Shown here: piece by piece, positions 1 through 13,652 of the stretch | Position numbering within the stretch: the first letter of the stretch is position 1 | How the letters are laid out: each line of letters begins with the position of its first letter | Assembly: GCA_964016885.1 (NCBI GenBank) | Contig: OZ024762.1 | Span: 25,544,001-25,608,000, forward strand | Direction: 5' to 3' | Length of the DNA stretch: 64,000 bases | Origin: Eledone cirrhosa | Taxonomy: Eukaryota | Notes under the pieces: model-generated | What the model was told of the DNA's origin: nothing | Seen by the model: the letters and a program-made list of their open reading frames with translations, nothing else | Database searches by the model: none | Position numbers and translations under genes: made by a program

Positions 1-880
1 GTGTATGTCTGTGGGTGAATGCGTGTGTATGTCTGAGAGTGACTGTGTGTGTATGTCTGTGAGTGAATGTGTGTGTATGTCTGTGAGTGAATGTGTGTGT
101 ATGTCTGTGACTGAATGTGTGTGTATGTATGTGAGTGAATGTGTGTGTATGTCTGTGAGTGAATGTGTATATATGTCTGTGAGTGAATGTGTGTGTATTT
201 ATGTGAGTGAATGTGTGTGTATGTATGTGAGTGAATGTGTGTTCTATGTCTGTGAGTGAATGTGTGCGTATGTCTGTGACTGAATGTGTGTGTATGTCTG
301 TGAGTGAATGTGTGAGTATGTCTGTGAGTGAATGTGTGTGTATGTCTGTGAGTGAATGTGTATGTATGTCTGTGAGTGAATGTGTGTGTATGTCTGTGAG
401 TGAATGTGTGGGTATGTCTGTGAGTGAATGTGTGTGTATGTCTGTGAGGGAATGTGTGTGTATGTATGTGAGTGAATGTGTGTGTATGTCTGTGAGTGAA
501 TGTGTGTGTATGTATGTGAGTGAATGTGTGTGTATGTCTGTGAGTATGTCTATGAGTGAATGTGTGTGTATGTCTGTGAGGGAATGTGTGTGTATGTATG
601 TGAGTGAATGTGTGTGTATGTCTGTGAGTGAATGTGTATGTATGTCTGTGAGTGAATGTGTGTGTATTTATGTGAGTGAATGGGTGTGTATGTCTGTGAG
701 TGAATGTGTGTGTGTACGTATGTGAGTGAATGTGTGTGTATGTATGTGAGTGAATGTGTGTGTACGTCTGTGAGTGAATGTGTGTGTATGTCTGTGAGTG
801 AATGTGTATGTATGTCTGTGAGTGAATGTGTGTGTATGTCTGTGAGTGAATGTGTGTGTCTGCCTGTGAGTGAATGTGTG
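1..880. repeat. 24-bp minisatellite (TGTCTGTGAGTGAATGTGTGTGTA)n
   Basis: Tandem 24-bp unit read directly; gives the artefactual (MSVSECVC)n ORFs. Confidence 0.95.
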
Positions 881-1244
881 TCTCTGCCTGTTTATTATTC
901 ACCCCAACCCCCTGCCGTCCGAATCAGTAATCATTGATATGAACTATGATCAAAGACATTCTTCGTTATAGACATAATTTCTGAGTTAGACAACATTTGA
1001 ATCTGCTATTGTTTTCTAACCTTCTCTAGAAACATATTTTACTTTTTCAGAGATGTACTTTTCCGGCTGTTGCTTTCATCTGAGAACATTTCAAGAAACT
1101 GAAGAACCCGAAGCAACTGCGGCGTGAAAGAGTCATTATAACTGTTCAAAATACACACAAAAGCTCTTACCTTCGCTTTATAGTTATCGTTTATTTATTG
1201 TTCAAATGTGTCACTGACCACGTCGCAAGTAGGAAATAAATATA

Positions 1245-2860
1245 TATTGGTTTCTATTTCAGGCACGAGGTCAGCAATGTGAAGGAAATGGGGGAGGACA
1301 GGAAAGTCGATTAAATCGAACCCAGTGCATTACTGGTATTTTATTTTATCGACCCCATAAGAATGAAAGGCAAAGTTAGAATAATTGTTTCTACTTCAGG
1401 CACGAGGATAGCAATTTGAAGGGAGAGGGTGTAGCAAAGTCGATTAAATCGGACCAGTGCATTACTGGTACTTTATTTTATTGACCCCGCAAGGATGAAA
1501 GGCGAAGTTAGAATAATTGTTTCTACTTTAGACACAAGGCCCACAATTTGAAAGGGGAAGGAAAAGTTGATTAAATCGACCCAAGTGCATTACTGATACT
1601 TTATTTATCGACCCCGTAAGGATGAAAGGCAAAGCTAACCTTGGCGAGATTTGGACTCAGAACGTGATGGGACGTAACTCTCTGCCGCGAAGCATAGTGT
1701 CCGACGCTCTACCGATACTGCCAATCCACCGCCATAGGCAAAGTTATAATAATAATAATTGTTTCGACTTTTGGCACAAGGCCAGCAATAACCCAGTGTA
1801 TTACTGGTACTTTATTTTATCGACCCCGTAAGGATGAAAGGCAAAGTTAACCTCGGCGGGATTTGAACTCAGAATGGCAAGGGCCGTAACTCTATGCGTC
1901 AAAGCATGGCGTCCGACCCTCAACCAATACTGCCAATCCACCGCCATTAATGATAGCTATTATAATAATTATTTCTACTTTTTGGCACAAGGCCAGCAAT
2001 TACCCAGTACATTACTGGTACTTTATTTTATCTACCCCGTAAAGATGTTGGCCTTGTGCCTAAATCAAAAACCATTATTAACGGACAGCGGATTGTCAGA
2101 ATCGGTAGAGCGTCGGACATGATTTTTGACAAATAGTTCCTGCCATACAGGTTCAAATCCCTCCGCCTTGCCTTTCATCCATACTGGGTCAATAAAATAA
2201 AGTACCATTAATGCATTGGGGTCGATTTAAAGAACCTTTCCTCTTCCCTTCAAATTACTGGCCTTCTTAACTCAATATTATGATGGATAACCAGTATCGG
2301 TAACGCTTTGGAAACCATGCTTTGAGGCATAATGTTACGGCCCTTTACGTTATGAATTCAAATCCCGCCGAGGTTAGCTTTGCCTTTCCTCCTCGTGGTC
2401 GATAAAATAAAGTACCAGTCATGCAGTGGGGTCGACTTAATTAACTTTCCCCTCGCCCCCCAAAAAATATTACTGGCTTTGTGTTATTATTATTACTTTA
2501 AGGGCGGTGGATTGGCAGTATCAGTAGAGGGTCGGACACCATGCTTTTCAGCATAGTTACGTCCCTTTATGATCTGAGTTCAAATCCCGCCGCGGTTGAC
2601 TTTGCCTTTCATCCTTACGGGGTCGATAAAATAAAGTACCAGTAATGCACTGGGTTATTGCTGGCCTTGTGCCAAAAGTCGAAACAATTATTATTACTTT
2701 ATTGGTTGTGTCGTAGCTAACGTCTTTGGGCCTTGTGGCCGACAAAGGAAATATTTTATTGTTAGGACGGTAGAGCGTCGGACAACCTGCTTTGCGTTTC
2801 ATCTTTATTGGGTCGATAAAATAAAGTACCAGTTATTCAATGGGATAGATTTAATTACTA
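1245..2860. mobile_element. Cluster of about 9 full and partial tRNA-derived SINEs (family A); left copies on -, right copies on +
   Basis: Repeated head GGCGGTGGATTGGCAGTATCGGTAGAG (A-box-like), GAGTTCAAATCC (B box), core GCCTTTCATCCTTACGGGGTCGATAAAATAAAGTACCAG and tail GGCCTTGTGCC..AGAAACAATTATT. Full copies at about 1745-1946 (-) and 2502-2695 (+). Confidence 0.85.
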
Positions 2861-3184
2861 TCAATATTATAACTTGGTTGATTCTGTCGTTCTGTCGTAA
2901 CCAACATCTTCTGGCCCTTGTGGCCGATAAAAGGAACCAGTATTTGTCAGAGTATCATAATTGCAAGTGTTAGAGAATGCAGTGTCATTGCTTTGTATTA
3001 GAGTTTGATATGATAGGTTATCGCGGCATTTTAATTTGTAGGTCGCTTGCCACAATTTATGATCTTCTCCTTGAGGGCAGAACAACGGTGAATTTCAATT
3101 TGGAAATGTGTAATTTGACATTGATTAAACTGAAGTGAGGTGAATTGCTGTATAGTTAGAGAGAGATAGAGAGGGCGAGGGGGA

Positions 3185-3189
3185 GTATA

Positions 3190-3288
<99 letters not shown>

Positions 3289-3364
3289 TATATTTATGTG
3301 TCCATCCTGAGAGTGAGTGAAGGAAAGTAGAGAGAGAGAGAGAGAGATAGAGTGAGAGAGAGAG

Positions 3365-3407
<43 letters not shown>

Positions 3408-3680
3408 GAGAGAGAGAGAGATGAAGCAAGTAAGACCCGCAATCAATGCTGGCCAATTATTTGGTTTACGTGGTTCAGTATACAGACACAAACACATACA
3501 CTTACGTATGCATACATACACACACACATATATATATACGCACAGACAGACGCGTACATGTACACTCATATATACATGCAAAGAAGCACACACAGACACA
3601 TATATACACACACGTATGCATGCACACAAACACACACACAGACATATACATACACACGCGTATGCATACACACAAATACA

Positions 3681-3741
<61 letters not shown>

Positions 3742-3981
3742 CTCACGTATACATGCACACAAACACACATGTATACATGCACACAATCACACATGGACAT
3801 GCGCACATACTCACACACACATATATACATTCACACATACACACACTCACATGTATATATGCACACAAACACACACACATATATATATCGAAAAAACACA
3901 GACATATATATACACACACATGTATACATGCTCACAAACACACACACAGACATATATATATATGGAAACAAACACAGACAC

Positions 3982-4014
<33 letters not shown>

Positions 4015-4027
4015 GTCACACATATAT

Positions 4028-4065
<38 letters not shown>

Positions 4066-4276
4066 GAAAACAAACACATACACGTATATATACGCAAACA
4101 CCCCCACACCCCCACACACTCACATATATATATACAACCCCCCCCCCCCCACACCACACACATATATATATATGGAAACAAACACATATATATATATATA
4201 TATACACACGCATATATATATATATGTGTATAACCCCACCCCCCACACACACATATATATATATATATGGATACAA

Positions 4277-4337
<61 letters not shown>

Positions 4338-4397
4338 CACACACACGCATATATGTATATACACACACACACGCATATATGTATATACACACACACA
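3185..4397. repeat. Compound (TA)n/(TG)n/(GA)n/(CA)n microsatellite tract
   Basis: Direct reading. Confidence 0.95.
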
Positions 4398-4462
4398 GTT
4401 GTTAGGTGTTATTTCAGGTTAACTAAAAGCAATATCTAAGTTTTGGTTCTCCATTTTATATC

Positions 4463-5930
4463 GTTGTTGATACTGTTGTTGTTGTTGTTACTGTTGTTGT
4501 TGTTGTTGTTGTTACTGTTGTTGTTACTGTTGTTGTTGTTACTGTTGTTGTTACTGTTGTTGTTGTTACTGTTGTTGCTGTTGTTGTTACTGTTGTTGTT
4601 GTTACTGTTGTTGTTGTTGTTACTGTTGTTGTTGTTACTGTTGTTGTTGTTACTGTTGTTGTTGTTGTTGTTACTGTTGTTGTTGTTACTGTTGTTGTTA
4701 CTGTTGTTGTTACTGTTGTTGTTGTTACTGTTGTTGTTACTGTTGTTGTTGTTGTTATAACTGTTGTTGTTACTGTTGTTGTTGTTACTGTTGTTGTTAC
4801 TGCTGTTGTTACTGCTGTTGCTGTTACTGTTGTTGTTGTTGTTACTGTTGTTGTTGTTACTGTTGTTGTTGTTACTGTTGTTGTTACTGTTGTTGTTACT
4901 GTTGTTGTTGTTGTTATAACTGTTGTTGTTACTGTTGTTACTGTTGTTGTTGTTGTTACTGTTGTTGTTACTGCTGTTGTTGTTACTGTTGTTGTCGTTG
5001 TTACTGCTGTTGTTGTTGTTACTGTTGTTGCTGTTGTTGTTATTGTTGCAGTTGTTGTTGGTGGTGTTGTTATTGCTGTTGTTATTGGATGAGGGGTGGG
5101 GTATTGTTGTGGAGGTTGGAGGGTAGTGTGGGGGCTCTTGGTGTGGTGGTGGGGTGTTGGGTCAGTGTGGGGGTGGGTGTCTTGGTGAAGTGGTGGGGTG
5201 TTGGGTTAGGATTGAGGTGGGTGTCTTGGTGAGGTGGTAGATGTTGGGTTAGTGTGGGATGGGTGTCTTGGTGTGTTGGTAGATGTTGGGTTAGTGTGGG
5301 GGTGGGAGTCCTGGTGAAGAGGTGGCTGGGTGTGGAGGTGTGGTGTTGGGTTAGTGTGGGGGTGGGTGTCTTGGTGAAATGGTGGCCTGGTGTGGAGGTG
5401 GGGTATTGGGTTAGTGTGGGGGTGGGTGTCTTGGTGAAGGGGTGGCTTGGTGTGGAGGTGGGGTGTTGGGTTGGTGTGGGGGTGGGGCTCTTGGTGAAGG
5501 TGTGGCTTGGTGTGGAGGTGGGTTGTTGGGTTAGTGTGGGGGTGGGGGTCTTTTTGAAGCGGTGGCTTATTGTGGAGGTGGGGTGTTGGGTTAGTGTGGG
5601 GGTGGGTGTCTTGGTGAAATGGTGGCCTGGTGTGGAGGTGGGGTGTTGGGTTAGTGTGGGGGTGGGGGTCTCGGTGAAGGGGTGGCCTGTTGTGGTGGGA
5701 GAAGTATTGGTGTGGAGGTGGTGTGGTGGTGTGGTGGCTTAGTGTCGAGGTCTGAAGGTGGTGTGGTGGCTTGGTGTGGTGGTGTGGTGTGATGGTGTGC
5801 TGGTTTGGCGTGGTGATAACTTCGTGTGGTGGTGTTGTGGTGTGCTGGCGTGGTGTGGAGGTGGTGATGGTGTAGTAACCTGGTGTGGTGGCTTGTATGG
5901 TGGTGTGGTGGCTTGGTGTAGTCTGGAGGA
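4463..5930. repeat. (TTG/CTG/TTA)n trinucleotide tract followed by a GT-rich ~60-bp minisatellite (about 5290-5690)
   Basis: Poly-Leu ORFs; repeated unit GGGTGTTGGGTTAGTGTGGGGGTGGGTGTCTTGGTGAA..GGTGGC.TGGTGTGGAGGTG. Confidence 0.9.
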
Positions 5931-6181
5931 GGGGAGTCGTGGAGGGATATCTGGCTGCTATTTATGGGAGGTCTTGTCTACACAAAAAACGACCATTTTA
6001 TTTGATCGTTGATAGTGCTGATTGATTTTCTTGTAGTTCTAATTGTTGGTGTTGTTGTTGTTGGTGGTGTTGAGCACCGTTATCGATCTCGTTGAAAAGT
6101 ATCGAACAAATAATATACAACATCACACTGAAACGACGGTCATGAATCTGGTTGAAAATATAGTTGCACGTTCCCTCCGAT

Positions 6182-6240
<59 letters not shown>

Positions 6241-6516
6241 TATAATATATATATATAAATATATAAATGAAAGGTATAGAAAACATTGTAGCTAAAAGCC
6301 AACAGTATTCCATAGTATATAACTGACTAGAGCGTCAAAATGGGAAAAATAGTTAACGTAAATGTGGGAAAAATAATTCAAACTCATCCTAAAGAGAATC
6401 AGGATATAGATTCATCCACAGAATTTAGTGAAATCCAGGGAAAAATCAATAGAGCCTTAACTCATGATAAAATAAAGTTTAAAATACTCATCCTTCAATT
6501 TGGAAAAACTTCAAAT

Positions 6517-6596
6517 GCTCTGTATAGTGTTAAAGACTATTTCACGAAAACTTTCAGTGGAGATGGTCACGGTTGGAATTCAATCCTCAGCAGAGC
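6517..6596 (-). ncRNA. Type I hammerhead ribozyme
   Basis: Minus strand reads GCTCTG-CTGAGGA-[stem II region]-GAAA-TAGT..ACTA-TA-CAGAGC; stem I is GCTCTG/CAGAGC. Confidence 0.7.
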
Positions 6597-7125
6597 TCAA
6601 CTCGATAACCAGGATTCTCACAGATTAATATGCCAAAAAAGGGAATTTTAAAACAGGCTAGTTCATCATCAAGCGTGATTATGAAAAATAAAACGCACAT
6701 GAGGAAAGACAGGGGTAGTGACGTCAGAATGAGACGAATGTTTGTTTACAAGAAACAACAGTCAAAAACATTCCGAAAAAAAACTCTACAATAAGGAGTT
6801 CAGCTAAAAGCAATATTATCGCGGTTTTTTATTAAAAAATACCGGGATTAGTCACAAATAATTTAAGCACTCTAGGAAAGAAATCCGAGTATAAATATAA
6901 AGGTATAGAAAACATTGGAGCGAAAAGCCAACAGTATTCCATAATATATATGTGACTATAGCGTCAAAATGGGAAAAATAGTTAACGTAAGATGTGGGAA
7001 AAATAATTCAAACTCATCTCAAAGAGAATCAGGATATAGATTCATCCACAGAATTTAGTGAAATCCAGGGAAAAATCAATAGAGCCTTAACTCATGATAA
7101 AATAAAGTTTAAAATACTCATCCTT

Positions 7126-7214
<89 letters not shown>

Positions 7215-7228
7215 GGTTATCGTGTTGA

Positions 7229-7308
7229 GTTCTGCTGATGATCGAATCCAAACGTGACCATCCACACTGAAAGTTTCGTGAAATAGTCTTTTCAAGACTA
7301 TACAGAGC
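7229..7308 (+). ncRNA. Type I hammerhead ribozyme with full stem III
   Basis: GTTCTG-CTGATGA-TCGAA...TTCGT-GAAA-TAGTCTT(TTC)AAGACTA-TA-CAGAGC; AUA cleavage triplet. Confidence 0.8.
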
Positions 7309-7557
7309 ATTTGTAGTTGTCCCAAATTGAAGGATGAATATTTTAAACTTTATTTTATCATGGGTTAAGGCTCTATTGATTTTTCCCTGGATTTCACTAC
7401 TTTCTGTTGGATAAATCTATATCCTGATTCTTTTTGAATTGAGTTTGAATTATTTTTCCCACATCTTACGTTAACTATTTTCCATTTTGACGCTATAGTC
7501 ACTTATATATTATGGAATACTGTTGACTTCTTGCTCATAATAATTTCTATACTTTTC

Positions 7558-7698
<141 letters not shown>

Positions 7699-7942
7699 TA
7701 TAGATCAGAGCAAACAGCACGGACACTCTATCTCAAAATTATTTTTGAAAAGCATTTAGAAATGCGCAAGCGGTAAAAACTTAAAAACTTAAAACCACAA
7801 CTGAATACTAACCCATACAATTACTAATACTCTTTTATTCCTAATTAAACCATTTTTCAACTGTGAACAATTTGTCAGCATTTTCTATTCCGTTTACCTA
7901 TATATATATATATATATAATGTATAAAAATCAATACAATATA

Positions 7943-8020
7943 ATTACCTCATTACCAGAGGTTTCCCGAATGAGGCGAATCCGAAAGAAACGTCTTCATT
8001 CGTTCGTCAGACGAGGCAAT
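7943..8020 (-). ncRNA. Type I hammerhead ribozyme
   Basis: Minus strand reads ATTGCCTCGT-CTGACGA-ACGAATGA...TCATTCGG-GAAA-CC(TCT)GG-TA-ATGAGGTAAT; 10-bp stem I, GUA triplet. Downstream of, and on the same strand as, the PLE at 9420-10835. Confidence 0.8.
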
Positions 8021-9220
8021 ATAAAACACGGCTAAATACTTGGAAAGTCTCATCAAGAAAAGCAAAAAAATTATATAAATATAGACAAAGGAATTACAAT
8101 AGCCATATGAAATATATAAAAATCTTTCAAGAAATATAGTTAGGTGTGTGTATATGTATGTATATACGCTCACAGATGTACATATGTGTGTATGTACAAA
8201 TGTGTACGTATAGTGAAAAAGTGTGCGTAAATATATGTGTTAGAGCAAGTGTATCTGTGTATCTGTAACTACAGACAGAAATGATGTGGTTGTCTGTTTA
8301 GCAGGTACACAGAAAAACAGGGTATTAGATACATTATAAGAATATGAAGGCACGCGTATAAACACACCCACACGCACGTACACTTATATGCGGAAGTAAA
8401 AGAGGTAAGGGAGTGTAATAATTAAAAGAAAGTATCATTCTCGATATATTTATAAAAATGGAATAATTTAGAACGAAAAAATTAAAGAAAAGAAGACAAA
8501 CAAGGTACACACGTACACACACACATATATCTACAAGAAACGTATATCTATAAGAAATATATATATATACACACAAAAACGTGCAGACAAAAGCGTATGC
8601 AAGCACACATACACACACAGGATGCACATATATACGCATATACGCCTCGCCCCATGTATATCTAATCACGCGCACGCACGCGACTGTATACACACTCGCA
8701 CACACACAAATATACATGCTTATATACACACGCACACTTACACATCCATACATTCGGTACGTACACACACACACACACACAACGCACATACACTCACGCA
8801 TGTTGACCTGTTTACATGCACACACAAACAAAATGAGGATGTAAAAAAAGAGAAAAAAAACAAAACAAAAAACATAGATGTAAAAACACAGATATAAAGA
8901 CACATATACATACACATATATATATATATACACACGCACGCGCGCGCACATACGGAGGCGTTCGTGTACATATATAGAAAGTACACACACATTAAGGCGC
9001 TCAGACACATAGATACAGGGTGTAAAAAGCCTTGTGGATAAGTAAGTACAAATATAAAATTATAAGATTGGCTGCGAAATAACAAAAAATATCTGGGGTG
9101 GAAAACGCAAGTGACGTGTGTAATCAGTTAGTGAAGAAAATAGGGAAGTAATAAGTGGAAAGTAAAGGTATTAGGTAAGTGAATCGGAGAATAAAGGGGG
9201 GGGGGTATTGGTGGATGTGA

Positions 9221-9350
9221 AGTAAAAATAAAAATAAAAAAAATAAAAAAATAAAAAATATAAAAATAAAAATAAAAATAAAAATAAAAATAAAAATAAA
9301 AATAAAAATAAAAATAAAAATAAAAATAAAAATAAAAATAAAAATAAAAA
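9221..9350. repeat. (TAAAAA)n hexamer microsatellite
   Basis: Direct reading. Confidence 0.95.
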
Positions 9351-9419
9351 TGAAATTAATAATAAGGATAAAAATGAAAGTAAATCAGAAAGGGTAGTCA
9401 TAAAGAGAATAATAAGAGT

Positions 9420-10835
9420 TTATGGAGGATAAGTATCTGAAAGTGTGTTAAGTTTATATGAGCTGGAAAGCAGGTGTGATTTCATGTGTGGGCAACTGGT
9501 GAACATTTCTGTCTTTGTGTTCAGGCAGGTCTTTGGTGATTTAAGATTTTGCAAGATCCAATATTTTTCATTTATGCAGAGCGTGCATTTTCTTGTTCCT
9601 CTTGCATATTCTTTAGATTGGTTCAAAATTGACCAATCCAATTTATATTGGATGCCTTGGTCTTTCAAATCCCAAATTCTGCTAGCCAGAGCTGTTGTAA
9701 ATCTTTTTTCTGGATATCGAAAGGATGCGACATGTGAGTAATAACGCGTTTTGAATTTGTCTTGCGTCATACCCACATATCGTTCACTGGTGGCTGGATG
9801 GTTGTTGCTGATGGTTGTCACTTTAGCCGCATATACAATGGCGTTGGTGTTGCATTTACCTTGTAATGGGCATTCACTTTTGATTCTACAGGAGCAATTT
9901 TGATGTTCTCTAGGTGATTTTTTGTTGATGATATAGGATTTAATAGGGGGACCGCAGGAGTAGCTAATTTTGACACAGTTTCTATTAAAGATCTTATAGT
10001 ATCTATGTGTTCTAGGGAAATGTTTATCTAGGAGCTCTAGGAATTTTTTTCCTACATTAGTTTTAACTGCTAGAGAGTAGGGGGGGGGGGGGGGGGTGAA
10101 CCAGATTATTTTTCTTTTCCTGTTTTTATGTTTAATAGAGTTAGTATAGTTGGGTATGTATTTAATCGGTTCGCTAAAACCGCTATTTTGGAGGGCTTTA
10201 TTATAGTAGGGGGATGCCTTATTAAAAATAGCTTCTGAGGAAGAAAGGGTGGAGATCCTACGGATAATATTAGGGATAAGGTTTTTAAAAACTATAGGAG
10301 GATGGCAAGAGCCTTTATTTACATATTTTAAGTTTTCATAGGTTTATGGTATGGTTTATAAGAAGCAGTAGGCAAATCTAGGTTTATATCTAGGAAATCT
10401 ACATTGGAAAGGTTAGTGTCAATAGTAATTTTAAGATTAAAACTAGCGAAGGTTTTTATTAAGTCTTTCCTTAATCTATCTAAGTTATGGCCTATGGTGG
10501 TATGGGAAAGTATTGGACCATCGTCACAATAAAGCCCAAAAATATGGTTAGAAAATTTTTCTTTAAGTGTGTGTAGGAGGAATAGGCCGACCAAATCACA
10601 AACCTCGGCACTGTCATAAGAGCCCATTGAGACATCGAATGGGCTCTCTGGGTTAGATATTTTTACCCAAGTGTCATTATCAGTAAAGAGTAGAATGTTT
10701 CTAGCGTGCAAGATGACATTCTCTTCAATATCGGAGATATTAGTAAACCTTCTAGCGAAATTTAAAGCTTTCGCTAAAAGGGTCTGAGTGATAGATGGAT
10801 AGAAATCTACAATGTCAAATTGGGTGAATCTAGAT
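9420..10835 (-). pseudogene. 5'-truncated, frameshifted Penelope-like element (RT + GIY-YIG endonuclease), Hydra-type
   Basis: RT motifs [34 protein letters not shown]. Linker CSCRIKSECPLQGKC (CxCx5C). Endonuclease IVY..YVGMT..FKTRY..H..CTLCINEK. 5' end abuts (TA)n. Confidence 0.88.
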
Positions 10836-10851
10836 ATATACATATATACAC

Positions 10852-10970
<119 letters not shown>

Positions 10971-10974
10971 TATA

Positions 10975-13652
10975 TTTCTTTTATTTGCCACTAGGGCATC
11001 AAAAGTGGGACAAGTACAAAGGGGGGAGTTTACACAAAAAGGCGTCCTCAATAAGGAGGAGGCAATAACAAAATATAAAAATAAAATAAGATATAACAAA
11101 AAATAAAATTTTTAACAAAATCCTCAATAGAGAGGAGGCGCCTTGGGGGGTCGCACACACCCCCGAAAAAAGTGTGCAACCCTTCTCCTCAGGAGCACAG
11201 AGAAGGGGTGCTCCCTTGGTCTTTCATCTTCCTCACCTATAGTCTGATGTAGAGTGAAGGCCCATTCACACGGGCCATTCTCGCCACTTTCACCCATCTT
11301 TCATAGAAACGGCTGGGGTGCAGCACCTCTCTCTCCATCCTGATCCTTCTTCCGAAATGATATCGGAAGAAACGGACCAGTTGTTGGCCAGAGAGAAAGG
11401 TGCCCGACCTCAGTCCTTTCAGACGCGTCCACCATACAACCTCTTTCGCCATGGCTATTACGCACAGAAACACCGCCTCTGCTTCATCTTTGAAGGGGGG
11501 AGGCGGCTTGATCATTACAATAGACTCGGTGGTCAACCGGATCGGTCCCACCCTTGACAGCAGTTGTTCGACATAGCCCCACAGAACGGCTACGCCCGAG
11601 CAGTGTACTAATGCGTGTGCAACGGTTTCCTCGTCGCACACGCATCTGGGACAGATCTTTTTGGCGGGGTCCCTACCCGGGCGCCCGTGTCTGTAGAGCC
11701 TTTCTCGAACGGGTAAAGCCCCTCGGTAGCACTGCCAGGCCAGGGACTTCTGGAAGTTGTCCATAGGTCCCGGGCTGAATGTCCTACCGAACAGGCTGGC
11801 CAGTTCGTCCTCCTCCATGTCTAGGGCTTCTCCGAGGGCGTCGTCGCACCTGCTGCGTACCAGCCCTCTATAGAATGTTGCGGTGAAGTCTCCACTGATA
11901 ACCGGATCCGCCTGCCAGAGGGCGGTGAGCGCCTGGGCACACTCAGTGTGCCAGGCGCCCAGTTTTCTCGGTCTTTGCTTGACCCAGGATTGCAGCTCGG
12001 TGAGTGAGACGAGTCTGGGAAAGGTTCGTCTCACAAACGAGGCCCACACCGGTTGTCCGGTGAGGAATACGTAGAGGTGCCGTAGCCTTAATGCGTGTTT
12101 ACGCATCATTAGCCACGGCATCCCCAGCCCTCCTTTCGAAGGGTGTTGACAGCAGATGGATCTCCTCACCATAGGAGCCCGCCTCTTCCAAAGGAATTGG
12201 AAGAGCGCGCGCTCCATCTTGGTGAGGGTTTCCCTTGGGCAGGGCACTACGGTCAGGCGGTAGTAGATGACGGACGCTATGTAGGTGTTCGCCACCTCCG
12301 CCCGACCTTTCAGGGATAGTTTGCAACTGGCCCACTTCTGGGTCAGTGCAAACACCCTGTTCGTAACCTCCGCCCAGTTTTTCTCCACCTGGAGGTCCGG
12401 TCCGAACCAGACCCCGAGCAACTTCACCGGGCCCTCCGTCCAGCGTCCGACGACGCTATCGGAGGGCATCGGTCTGCCCCTCCACGTGCCGAGTTGCAAA
12501 CCGATCGACTTGTCCCGGTTCAGCTTAGCCCCTGTGAACTTTTCGTACTCCTCCAGTAAGGTGCCGACCGCCTCGATTTCGGAGGCCGTCGACACCATTA
12601 CTGTCACGTCATCGGCGTAGGCAGACACCGCTTTCCGCAATCCCGGTTCCAAAGGGATGCCCTGCAACAACTCCAACTTCCGCAGTAGTGGCTCGAGAGT
12701 CAACACATACAGAAGGGAGGAGAGAGGGCACCCTTGTCGGATGGACCGCGCGATTTTGAACGGCTCCGAGAGGTAGCCGTTCACCTTGACCCTAGAGCAG
12801 ATGCGGCTGCTGTGCATAGCAGTGATCCAGCCCCTGAAAACGGGTCCGAAGCCTGCCGCCGCTAGCACCGCATCCAGGTAACCATGGTCGACCCTATCGA
12901 ACGCCTTAGATTGATCCAAGTTGATCAGAGCCCCACCAAAGCCGGGTTCGTTCCCAACCCTCTCTATGATGTATCGCATGAGGTGGAGGTTGTCATGGAT
13001 GGACCTGGACGGGATAGCGCATGTCTGCGCATCTCCCACCAGGTTGCCCACGACAAGCGCCAACCTCTTTGCTAGCACCTTGGCCAAAATCTGTAACTCT
13101 GTATTTAGCAGTGTTATGGGCCTGAAGTTACTTATTTCGTCCCCCTTGTTCTCGTCCTTCCTCACTAGCGTGACTACGCCCTTGGTCACAGTACAGGGAA
13201 TTCTCCCGTTCTGTTGCCAGTTGCAGTAGACCGCCTCGAGGAGATCGGGGAACAAGTCCGGCATAGCTAGATATAATTCGTAAGGAAGACCATCGAGACC
13301 CGGGGATTTGCGTTTGCCGGATTGGCTCAGCACGTCCTCTATCTCAGCGGCCGAAATCGGCTCCTCGCAGGACTTCGCCTCCCTGTCCGAGAGGCGCGGC
13401 AGGCCGTCGAGGTATGGACCGAAGTCCACGTTCCCAACCGGCTCCCCGCCCCTCCCGAACAGTCGGGCAAAGTGCCTTTGAAAGGCCTCACACATCTGCT
13501 TAGGCTCAAGAATCGCCCGTCCATCCAGGTCTCGCAAAGACCGGATGGTGGATTTAGTTCCACTGTTGGCCTCTGTCACGCGGACCCAGCTAACAGCTTT
13601 GGTCCCCTCGTTCCCTAGAGCACGTATTTTACTTCGGACAACGCAGCCTTCG
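10975..13652 (-). mobile_element. 5'-truncated Tx1/L1-type non-LTR retrotransposon including 3' UTR (10975-11236)
   Basis: Long uninterrupted ORF. 3' end GGCAAATAAAAGAAA runs into TATATCTATCTCTC. 5' junction lies at an (ATCT)n tract. Confidence 0.9.
11237..13579 (-). CDS. LINE ORF2 fragment: reverse transcriptase plus C-terminal zinc-binding (zf-RVT-like) domain, Tx1/L1 clade; endonuclease lost by truncation
   Basis: [55 protein letters not shown]...ETVAHALVHC. The frame stays open upstream to about 13652. Confidence 0.92.
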   Translation of the reverse strand: MTEANSGTKSTIRSLRDLDGRAILEPKQMCEAFQRHFARLFGRGGEPVGNVDFGPYLDGLPRLSDREAKSCEEPISAAEIEDVLSQSGKRKSPGLDGLPYELYLAMPDLFPDLLEAVYCNWQQNGRIPCTVTKGVVTLVRKDENKGDEISNFRPITLLNTELQILAKVLAKRLALVVGNLVGDAQTCAIPSRSIHDNLHLMRYIIERVGNEPGFGGALINLDQSKAFDRVDHGYLDAVLAAAGFGPVFRGWITAMHSSRICSRVKVNGYLSEPFKIARSIRQGCPLSSLLYVLTLEPLLRKLELLQGIPLEPGLRKAVSAYADDVTVMVSTASEIEAVGTLLEEYEKFTGAKLNRDKSIGLQLGTWRGRPMPSDSVVGRWTEGPVKLLGVWFGPDLQVEKNWAEVTNRVFALTQKWASCKLSLKGRAEVANTYIASVIYYRLTVVPCPRETLTKMERALFQFLWKRRAPMVRRSICCQHPSKGGLGMPWLMMRKHALRLRHLYVFLTGQPVWASFVRRTFPRLVSLTELQSWVKQRPRKLGAWHTECAQALTALWQADPVISGDFTATFYRGLVRSRCDDALGEALDMEEDELASLFGRTFSPGPMDNFQKSLAWQCYRGALPVRERLYRHGRPGRDPAKKICPRCVCDEETVAHALVHCSGVAVLWGYVEQLLSRVGPIRLTTESIVMIKPPPPFKDEAEAVFLCVIAMAKEVVWWTRLKGLRSGTFLSGQQLVRFFRYHFGRRIRMEREVLHPSRFYERWVKVARMARVNGPSLYIRL

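Noticed and set aside
1030-1175. Possible small host exon (splice-like signals on either strand); also 2940-3130 and 54700-54930
   Set aside because: Short frames with no recognisable protein similarity; cannot be supported without RNA-seq.
2502-2600. tRNA gene-like A/B boxes
   Set aside because: No complete cloverleaf; the sequence continues into the SINE core and tail and is multicopy.
6340-6651. 103-aa ORF in the HHR-bearing repeat
   Set aside because: The frame is broken in the direct and inverted copies, has no motifs, and is antisense to the ribozyme.
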